Source: an uncultured virus (IMG/VR IMGVR_UViG_3300033074_002123)
Taxonomy: Duplodnaviria; Heunggongvirae; Uroviricota; Caudoviricetes
Length of the DNA stretch: 64,000 nucleotides
Direction: 5' to 3' (one strand)
IMG/VR virus record: IMGVR_UViG_3300033074_002123
Coordinates: 62,001-126,000 of that record
The notes under the pieces were generated by a model. The model saw nothing but the letters and a program-made list of their open reading frames with translations, was not told the origin of the DNA and ran no database searches. Below, piece by piece: positions 56,863-64,000 of the stretch. The translations under genes were made by a program, and so were the position numbers. The first letter of the stretch is position 1. Each line of letters begins with the position of its first letter.

Positions 56863-59335
56863 TTTTTAAACTAAATTGTTGTCTTTTAAAGAAATAATTA
56901 AAAACATCCATATTAACTCCAAAATTTTCCTTTATCTTTACAGGTTGCCCCACATCAGCAGTTAATCTTTTAATAATAGTTTCTTTAATATATTCAGTAT
57001 CAACAATACTAAAATAAGTAATTGGATCACCCTTTTTAGTGAAATGAGTTTCTCTAATATATTCTTCCATCATACCATTTTTAACCTCCAAAATAGTAGT
57101 TCTATCAATACGACTAGAATTAATAGAATAATTATTAGCAACACCATCTACATAAAAAATTTCACCAGTTGGTTGAAATTTAATAAAAGTTCCTCTTTTT
57201 ATTCTTCTATCTCCATTTATTGTAATTGTACCTTTTCTAACAAAAGGAGAATAACTATAAATTTCAATTAAAAATCTTAAATCCTCTGCCATTTGTTTGA
57301 TTATACTATCCCTACTTATTCCTCCTCCTGACCCAACTACGCCACTATAAGGAATATAATTAGTTGGAATTTCAAACTTTTTATTTCCCCAAATATCAGC
57401 ATAAATTGGAAAAAAGACAGCTGGTAAATAACCCATAGCAACAGAACTTGCCATTCCTATAAAATTAGCTTTTGGAGTTATTTGATACCAAGAATAAATA
57501 TTTTCTTCATTGAAATAGAGATTATCATTAACAACATCCCCTTCTTCTATTTCAATTACTATTGGAGACCTACTAAAAGCAGTATTTTTAGTGGCTCCTA
57601 CTTTATCAGTACTTTCTTTATTTGATAAATTTTTTCTTCCAATAAAATCTAAAATAGAATCTTTACTATAAGGAGGTATTCTGGCAACTAAATGATATAA
57701 ATCTCCATAAGTATCCCCAAAAAATTCAACAAAAGGTTCCTGACAAATTTTATAAAATTGATTGAGAAAACTACCATCTGGTTGAGAAATGCTACCATCT
57801 TGTATCCTTCTATAAGAAACATTCTTATCAATAACAAGTTTCATAATTTGCCATAACCCATTAGCCAATTGAGATTTAACAGGTAAAAATTCCTCATAAG
57901 AATCTGTTATAGAAGTAACAGTATAAGGTTTCATTGGAGTAATAGGAGCTGGTTGACCTGTAGCATTACCAGTGGTAGGAGTTGAAGTAATGATTTTAAT
58001 TTCTCCTAAACCAATTTGATTAGGCAAAGAAGGAGCTGGGGTTGCTCCTCCACTACCAGGAGTAAGAGGAGCAGGATTTAAGGGAGTAACTGTAGTTGTA
58101 GTAATAGTTATTGTACGAGGAACTTTTTCATCCAATCTATAAATATAAGATCTTCTATCTCCTTTTGTCCCAAAAACATCACAATCATTAGCATACCCTT
58201 TAAAAAGAGAATCAGGAACAACTCCCATATTAGAAAGTTGATTAATAATAAATCTCAATAAAACAGAAATTGATTGATATCTTTTAGATATGATTAAGTG
58301 ATTATATTGACCTGAAACTAATAACCTTTGAATAATTTTATTTTGGTCAGGTATATTAGTATAAAGATTCTCAGCAAACATAGTAGGATAAAAATAACTA
58401 GCATCCTCTATTAAAAGTTTCATCAAATCTCTACCAACTATACTTATTACCAAATCATTATTCATTGGACTTGTACTAACTGCATTAGAATCTACTAATC
58501 CAATCATATCATATATTTGATTTGGTAAGTCAGAAAAACCAATATTTTTCTTTTTCTTAGACCTTCTTTCTATTTTAAGAGTTTCAAACCTAATAAAAAC
58601 TAAATCATTTGTATTAATATATTTATGAAAAAATGGATTGTATCTTAAAGAAGCATCTCTGTTAAATAATTTATTCAAAAAAGCTATTTCATAAAATTCA
58701 TAACCTAGCTCTTTCAAAACATTATCAGAAACAGGAGCTATATTAAAACTAAAAGTACCTCCCCCTTTACCAACAGCAATGTTCAAGTCAGTAATAAAAG
58801 GAGAAACATCAATAAAATCACCTTTTAATTCTTTATGAACTTGTGTAGATAAGGCCCTACACCACATCCAAACAGTAATGTTGGGATAATCAGTATTATA
58901 AACTTGATTGAAACCACTACCTGTATATTGATAAACTGGTTTATAATCTGGATGACATAATAAAGTATTTAATTGTCTACCAAAAAAAGCAACATAACTA
59001 AAATCAGGAGTAACTTGATTTTTGCCAGAAATAGCTAAAATTTCTCTAAAAGCTTTATCTATAGGAATTAAAACAACAGTATTTTTTTTAAAATAAATTT
59101 CTCCCCAACGATTAGAATCAGCAAAAATAGGAGTCATAACATCCCTTTCAGCTTGATTTGTATAGGAATCCCAAATTCTTTCTATATTAGCTTTCCCAGT
59201 ACCCCCAGCATAAAGAAGAAAATCAGTAACAGAAATATCCTTAGCAATAGAAATAGAAGTAGGATCACAAAATTCACCTACAGTATCTATCTCTATATCT
59301 ACATGAGTATATCTTATGAATTTTTTAATAGCCAT
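56846..59335 (-). CDS. Putative baseplate hub protein
   Basis: Directly after tape measure; GRDLMKLL, EFFGDT, GTITING.RRIKRG, FYV.GV motifs. Confidence 0.65.
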   Translation of the reverse strand: MAIKKFIRYTHVDIEIDTVGEFCDPTSISIAKDISVTDFLLYAGGTGKANIERIWDSYTNQAERDVMTPIFADSNRWGEIYFKKNTVVLIPIDKAFREILAISGKNQVTPDFSYVAFFGRQLNTLLCHPDYKPVYQYTGSGFNQVYNTDYPNITVWMWCRALSTQVHKELKGDFIDVSPFITDLNIAVGKGGGTFSFNIAPVSDNVLKELGYEFYEIAFLNKLFNRDASLRYNPFFHKYINTNDLVFIRFETLKIERRSKKKKNIGFSDLPNQIYDMIGLVDSNAVSTSPMNNDLVISIVGRDLMKLLIEDASYFYPTMFAENLYTNIPDQNKIIQRLLVSGQYNHLIISKRYQSISVLLRFIINQLSNMGVVPDSLFKGYANDCDVFGTKGDRRSYIYRLDEKVPRTITITTTTVTPLNPAPLTPGSGGATPAPSLPNQIGLGEIKIITSTPTTGNATGQPAPITPMKPYTVTSITDSYEEFLPVKSQLANGLWQIMKLVIDKNVSYRRIQDGSISQPDGSFLNQFYKICQEPFVEFFGDTYGDLYHLVARIPPYSKDSILDFIGRKNLSNKESTDKVGATKNTAFSRSPIVIEIEEGDVVNDNLYFNEENIYSWYQITPKANFIGMASSVAMGYLPAVFFPIYADIWGNKKFEIPTNYIPYSGVVGSGGGISRDSIIKQMAEDLRFLIEIYSYSPFVRKGTITINGDRRIKRGTFIKFQPTGEIFYVDGVANNYSINSSRIDRTTILEVKNGMMEEYIRETHFTKKGDPITYFSIVDTEYIKETIIKRLTADVGQPVKIKENFGVNMDVFNYFFKRQQFSLKNGYGY

Positions 59336-59347
59336 ATAAAATACTCA

Positions 59348-61165
59348 TTAAGGGGTCCAAGGGCTAGCCCCACTTTGATTACCACTACCAAAATTTCTTG
59401 CAATCCAATCTAATACATTAGATAAACCTTGACCTATAACTTCTAAAGCTGGAATAAGGGGTTTCATTAAAGTTACTACTTGGTCTCCTTTTTCTGCAAA
59501 AAGACTAGCTAATTCTGCTGTTTCTTGAGCTAATTCACCAGTTGCATCTATAGCTCTTTGTGTCATTGTCCCTTCATCCATTCTAGATTTTTCAATATCT
59601 TGAGTCCAACTATTAACATCAAGACCTCCAGATAAATAACCTTCAGCTAACTTTCTAGCCATAACTGGTTCCAAACCAAAAGTCCCTTTAACATTCCAAT
59701 AAAATTCTTCTCTTCCTGGACTAGCTTGAAACAAAGTCTGTAAATAAGTTTCTAAATAACTTTTTTTAGTAATTGGGTCAATAGCACTTAAAGGAGCTGA
59801 TTTCATTTCTTCCATTTGCCATAAACTAGCTCCAGGAGTTAAACGAGCCAAAGAAGCATATTGTAAAGCCTCTACTTGAGGTGTAGAAGCTGTTTTTAAT
59901 CCTTGAGCTACTGCCGGTACTAACTTAGCTAGAATTTCAGGATTTTGAAAAGCTTTATCTAAACCAGCTAAAGCAGAAACAACACCAACATTTACCCCTT
60001 CACTAATTTCCCCTAAAGCTTCTAATTGTTGTCTATTAGTTTCATTCAAAATCTTAAAATATTCAGGTAATAAAGCTAAATTAGATCCTTGAAAAACACC
60101 AGCTTTCCTACCACCAGCAACTGCCATCCCCATCATCCCAAACACATCCTCAGTTCCCCCTCTTTGCATCCTCATAGCTTCTAATAAATCTGCTTCTTGA
60201 AAACCAAAAGCTTGTTTACCTACCATCAAACCAGCAGCATTCCTCTCATTAACCTCACCATAAGCTCTTGCTGCAGCATTAATATCTTCAAAAATTTGGG
60301 GATAGGCATATCCCATTTGAGTAAAACTAAGTTGTCCAGGTGCTCCTGTCCGAGAAAAGTTTTTAATCCAAGGTTCAAATCTTCTAAAATTACCCCCATA
60401 CATTTGAGAAAGCCCCCCCAAACCTTGCTGATAACCTTCTGCTTCAGCCATACTTCTAGTAATGAGAGACCCAACAAAGGGTATACTAGAAGCCATCATA
60501 TAAAACTCATTCGGCTGTTGTAATACATTAGAAACATGAGATGCAATGTTTCTAAATCCTTGAGCTAAAGCTGTACCTGTAAATGCTCCTAAAAAGACAT
60601 CTTTAAAACTACTCCCACCTCCTGCAGTTCCTCCTCCTCCATCTCCTCTTTGTTTCATTAATTGCCTTTGATATTGAAGCTTAAATTCTTCAGTATCAGA
60701 AAGGTCTGATAACTCACCCCTTTCATAAGCATTAATTTGGGCTTGGACATTTTCTCTATCAGCAGCTATTTCTTTTCTAGCTGATTCTTTAATAGCATCT
60801 AAAATGTCCCTTAAAAGCTTAGTTTGAAGTTTAAAATCTGTCTCTTCCTTAGCAATTCGACCCATTTTAGACTCATACTGTCTTTCTGCTGCTCCTACTT
60901 CTCCAAGGTTTGCAGCATTAGCTACCCTTTCTTCCTTATATCTTTCAGCAGCAGTTCTTTTAACACCAAACTCTATTTGTTTTCTTCTTTCAAGAGCCTT
61001 TAATTGCTCTTCCATAGATTTGGTAACATCTTTTAAAGCCCTGCCTTCTTCAGCAGCCCCTCTCAAAACAGATAAGCTTAAATCTTCAGCTTTCTGCCTT
61101 AACCTATCTAATAAGGTTTGTGCTCCTCTATCTTCCCCTCTAAAGGATATAACAGTATCAGCCAT
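59348..61165 (-). CDS. Tape measure protein (putative)
   Basis: Helical Ala/Gly/Gln-rich 605 aa protein after tube and two chaperone-sized genes. Confidence 0.7.
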   Translation of the reverse strand: MADTVISFRGEDRGAQTLLDRLRQKAEDLSLSVLRGAAEEGRALKDVTKSMEEQLKALERRKQIEFGVKRTAAERYKEERVANAANLGEVGAAERQYESKMGRIAKEETDFKLQTKLLRDILDAIKESARKEIAADRENVQAQINAYERGELSDLSDTEEFKLQYQRQLMKQRGDGGGGTAGGGSSFKDVFLGAFTGTALAQGFRNIASHVSNVLQQPNEFYMMASSIPFVGSLITRSMAEAEGYQQGLGGLSQMYGGNFRRFEPWIKNFSRTGAPGQLSFTQMGYAYPQIFEDINAAARAYGEVNERNAAGLMVGKQAFGFQEADLLEAMRMQRGGTEDVFGMMGMAVAGGRKAGVFQGSNLALLPEYFKILNETNRQQLEALGEISEGVNVGVVSALAGLDKAFQNPEILAKLVPAVAQGLKTASTPQVEALQYASLARLTPGASLWQMEEMKSAPLSAIDPITKKSYLETYLQTLFQASPGREEFYWNVKGTFGLEPVMARKLAEGYLSGGLDVNSWTQDIEKSRMDEGTMTQRAIDATGELAQETAELASLFAEKGDQVVTLMKPLIPALEVIGQGLSNVLDWIARNFGSGNQSGASPWTP

Positions 61166-61170
61166 AATTA

Positions 61171-61512
61171 TTACTTAGATTGAGGAAATTTGATTTTATC
61201 AAATTGTGACAAATCTAAATTATCATATAAATCATCCAAAGCTTCTTGTGTTATTGTAGGCTTACTTTTCTTTAACCACTTACCAGTTTCTTTGTAATTA
61301 TCTCTATCCTCTTTCTTAACAATAGAAGATTCAATATAATAATTAACAAGTTTCTCTTCATCATACTCAAACTTAATATCAATCAAACACATTTCCCTAT
61401 GTTGGGGAGAATTAAAGGGAATATTATGCTTTTTCCTCCACCAATAGTCAAAGGGATATCTGTTGTTCCAATATACAATGAAGTTTCTGAGTGTATCTTC
61501 ATTCCAGTTCAT
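61171..61512 (-). CDS. Putative tail assembly chaperone (downstream part)
   Basis: Synteny tube-chaperone-chaperone-TMP; TAATG coupling. Confidence 0.55.
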   Translation of the reverse strand: MNWNEDTLRNFIVYWNNRYPFDYWWRKKHNIPFNSPQHREMCLIDIKFEYDEEKLVNYYIESSIVKKEDRDNYKETGKWLKKSKPTITQEALDDLYDNLDLSQFDKIKFPQSK

Positions 61513-61904
61513 TACTCTTTTTCTTCCTTAGGTATAGGCAATAACTCAAGGTCTTTTTGCAAAATACTAAACCATTCAGAATACCATGGAAAAAAGACTT
61601 TTTTATAAGCTAACACCATTTCTTTCATCTCAAATGGAGTTAAATTCATAATATTGTCTATTTTCAAATGAGTTTTCAATTCAGGAATTAAAACTGTAAA
61701 AACAGCAATAGCATCAATAAAATCTAAAGCCAAATTACCACTACCACTATTGGTGCTGACCATTTGTCTATAAATCCCATTTGAGAGAGTAATTTTCATT
61801 GTCTCAATGTCAATTGTTTGACCTACAGTAGGAAATTTGACTTCAAAAGTTTGACCTTGAAAAGCAAGTTTACAAACTTTAGATAATTCTTTCTTTTCTT
61901 CCAT
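61512..61904 (-). CDS. Putative tail assembly chaperone
   Basis: 130 aa gene immediately downstream of tail tube. Confidence 0.6.
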   Translation of the reverse strand: MEEKKELSKVCKLAFQGQTFEVKFPTVGQTIDIETMKITLSNGIYRQMVSTNSGSGNLALDFIDAIAVFTVLIPELKTHLKIDNIMNLTPFEMKEMVLAYKKVFFPWYSEWFSILQKDLELLPIPKEEKE

Positions 61905-61931
61905 TTTAATTAATTTTTAAGTTATTTTTAC

Positions 61932-61967
61932 AAAAAAAAAGAACACTTAAAGTAGAAGTGTTCTTTT
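61932..61967 (-). terminator. Rho-independent terminator after tail tube gene
   Basis: Minus strand AAAAGAACACTT-CTACTTT-AAGTGTTCTTTTTTTTT. Confidence 0.85.
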
Positions 61968-62038
61968 CTTATCTATATTACACAATAATATTTGATATTA
62001 CCCTTTTCGTCGTTTCACTTCTCTTTAAATCTAAACCA

Positions 62039-62521
62039 TTAAGTTGGGAAAATAACGGGGTAAAGATATCGAAACGATTGATTTTTTCCACTAACTTGGC
62101 CTTCATTAATATTGAAATTATCTGTATCAAGAAATAAACCATTAATTACAGCATAAACATCTTCTGCTGAAGTAATAAGACCAGTTTCAGGATCTACTTC
62201 TCCTACAACCTTTTTATACAAAACAACTTGTACCCCTACATCATTTAATAAAACATTATCTACAAATGACTTAGTATCTTGAACATCCCTTCTAATGGCT
62301 CCAGGTATAGTAGACTTAGTATAATCAATATTATAAAAATCAGCCGTTAATGTGCCAGCCCAACTAATAGCAGGAACTTCTTGTGGTGTTAATTCTCCAA
62401 GACCCCTAACTTCAGCTCGATTAAAGTTTTCATTAACAGTAATACCTCTCATTTTACCAATAGTTACCCCATTAGCTTTAACTATGGCTAAAGCGGCATG
62501 TAATACTTGATTTGATGGCAT
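62039..62521 (-). CDS. Tail tube protein
   Basis: 160 aa directly after sheath; V.ENF....VRGLGE..PQE pattern of myovirus tubes. Confidence 0.85.
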   Translation of the reverse strand: MPSNQVLHAALAIVKANGVTIGKMRGITVNENFNRAEVRGLGELTPQEVPAISWAGTLTADFYNIDYTKSTIPGAIRRDVQDTKSFVDNVLLNDVGVQVVLYKKVVGEVDPETGLITSAEDVYAVINGLFLDTDNFNINEGQVSGKNQSFRYLYPVIFPT

Positions 62522-62555
62522 AATATGTAAATTTTAATGATTCAACAAAAAATAA

Positions 62556-63998
62556 TTATGAATTAGGGTCAATCATAAAACCTGTAAAGAATAATTTGTT
62601 TACAGGGAAATTAGGAACAAATTCATAAGTTACCTTATAAGCATCTTGGTCTACAGTTACTGTAATATTCCTATAAGAAAGAATTAAATCATCCTTAGTA
62701 TCTGTAGCTGTTCTACTATTAAGATAACCAGCTAACCAATTTTTAACATCTTGTTTAGAAAGGGTATTTCTATTAACTCCTTCAGATTGACCTAAAAGTT
62801 GTTTCTTTGCATTATAAACAATTTCTTTATTTAATTGATTAGCAATTCTCATAATTTGGATTTCATGAGAACTACCATCCTGATTAACTAAATAATCATT
62901 ATTTTGAAGGGAATTAATAGCTTGATTGATAATAAATTTGTTAAATTCAACATCCCATTTAGTGTGAAGAACACCATATTTAAGGGCTTGTTCTCTCTCA
63001 AATTTGGTTAAGGAATGAACTTCAGCATCTATATCAATTCCTTTAAAAGTACCAGGAACTTGAGGTTGTAAACCAGCAATTCTACCTAAAACAGCAGCTG
63101 CTTTAAAAATAGAACCATAAGTCTTATAAGTCCCATTCTTTAAAACTTTCTTAAAACCACCATGAACAATAGTAACTGAAGTATCATTCCAATATTGAGC
63201 ATCATCAATAGATCCTAAACTGACTCCATTAGCAAATTTAGTATCATCTTCTCCCCCTCCAATAAATAAAAATTCACCATATTTAGCTTCCGTTTTTAAA
63301 TGAGTAAGTATTTTAGCTAAATCAGAATCCTGAGCATCTTCTCCCCACTTATCAGCTAAAATAAAACTATAATCTAAATTAGTAATGACATCTAAAACAT
63401 CATCTAAAGCATTATAAGTTTCAGTACCACCACTAGCTAAAGTATTTCCTGAATAGGTAGTTAAATCAGCATCTGTAATATCTCCTGTTCCATCTTTAGT
63501 ATAAGTCTTAATAGAAAACATTGATAAAAATTGTCCATTGGTTGACATCCAAAGATGTAATTCTTCAATAGTAGCAAATTCTTCAGAAGAAATAAGTAAA
63601 TCTGGTTCTGTATCATCTGCTTGAACAAAATCCCAAGGCAAACCATCAGTACTATCTGTACCCTTGAAAGTACCTCTATAAAAATCAAGAATATATGTAT
63701 TAGCTGTTACACCTGCTCTCATCTTAAAAGCATAACCAAAAGTTAATACATCATCATCATTCTCATCACCATTTCCACACAAACCTTCATCAACAACCTG
63801 AAGAACAATATGGCCACCATTAGCTCCTCCTCCTGTTGGATTAAAAGCTAATTCAGCAGGAACTGTAGTAGCAGCCTTAATAAAATAAATATTGCTTACT
63901 CCTGGTACTGTAAAACCTTCAGGCTGAAATAGCCATTTAGCCAAAGCCCAAAAAATACCTCCTCCAAGAGCACTTCTAAACTCATCAATATTGTTATA
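62556..63998 (-). CDS. Tail sheath protein (5' end outside the window)
   Basis: Sheath C-terminal pattern (LASGG, AAAVLGRIAG, INQAINSLQ, P.FPVNK.F.TG); the frame stays open from the track's TTG at 63944 to the window edge. Confidence 0.88.
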   Translation of the reverse strand, partial: YNNIDEFRSALGGGIFWALAKWLFQPEGFTVPGVSNIYFIKAATTVPAELAFNPTGGGANGGHIVLQVVDEGLCGNGDENDDDVLTFGYAFKMRAGVTANTYILDFYRGTFKGTDSTDGLPWDFVQADDTEPDLLISSEEFATIEELHLWMSTNGQFLSMFSIKTYTKDGTGDITDADLTTYSGNTLASGGTETYNALDDVLDVITNLDYSFILADKWGEDAQDSDLAKILTHLKTEAKYGEFLFIGGGEDDTKFANGVSLGSIDDAQYWNDTSVTIVHGGFKKVLKNGTYKTYGSIFKAAAVLGRIAGLQPQVPGTFKGIDIDAEVHSLTKFEREQALKYGVLHTKWDVEFNKFIINQAINSLQNNDYLVNQDGSSHEIQIMRIANQLNKEIVYNAKKQLLGQSEGVNRNTLSKQDVKNWLAGYLNSRTATDTKDDLILSYRNITVTVDQDAYKVTYEFVPNFPVNKLFFTGFMIDPNS

Positions 63999-64000
63999 AA

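Noticed and set aside
2179..61608. All plus-strand ORFs in the track (e.g. 7151-7507, 20787-21080, 46518-46748, 60197-60523)
   Set aside because: Each lies wholly or largely antisense to well-supported minus-strand genes and looks like shadow-frame sequence (for example SGSGSG mirrors the EP repeat)
61585..61612. T AAA AAA G slippery site inside the upstream tail chaperone
   Set aside because: The -1 frame hits TGA within a few codons and cannot reach the next ORF
7479..63688. Short nested minus-strand ORFs (7479-7679, 15547-15738, 37549-37731, 60226-60477, 63461-63688)
   Set aside because: Out-of-frame inside long genes, no motifs, composition typical of alternative frames in AT-rich DNA
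1..64000. Stop-codon reassignment
   Set aside because: The standard code gives full-length conserved proteins with near-complete coding density; TAA, TGA and TAG all end genes
1..64000. tRNA genes, CRISPR arrays, IS elements
   Set aside because: Intergenic gaps are under ~190 nt; no cloverleaf, spaced repeat array or transposase was seen by eye

Overview
The window is 64 kb of an AT-rich, densely coding, lytic-type myovirus (contractile tail) genome. Every credible gene is on the minus strand. In transcription order (right to left) it contains: (i) a tail module (sheath cut off at the window edge, tube, two chaperones, tape measure, baseplate, three large mosaic fibre-like proteins, a spanin-like pair); (ii) small nucleases, terminase large subunit, helicase and primase; (iii) a 15-gene, ~12.4 kb metabolic island at 13135-25557; (iv) replication and recombination genes (DnaE-type polymerase, SSB-like, SbcCD, RecA, RuvC-like, ThyA). 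In the island, a complete preQ0 pathway (folE, queD, queE, queC), a DpdA/TGT-fold transglycosylase and an ArcS-like protein are interleaved with polyamine/guanidino enzymes (agmatinase, deoxyhypusine-synthase-like, amidinotransferase-fold, PSD-fold pyruvoyl decarboxylase, agmatine-deiminase-like), a FAD oxidoreductase, a P-loop kinase and MazG. This is the best candidate for an undescribed system, possibly a polyamine-conjugated 7-deazaguanine DNA hypermodification (inference, untested). Six intergenic (T/C)TTG-N20-TAnnTTTA promoters point to a Bacteroidota host. CpG and GATC appear strongly avoided, except in a repeat-bounded fibre segment that looks recently swapped in. All calls come from motif recognition by eye; no database searches were run.
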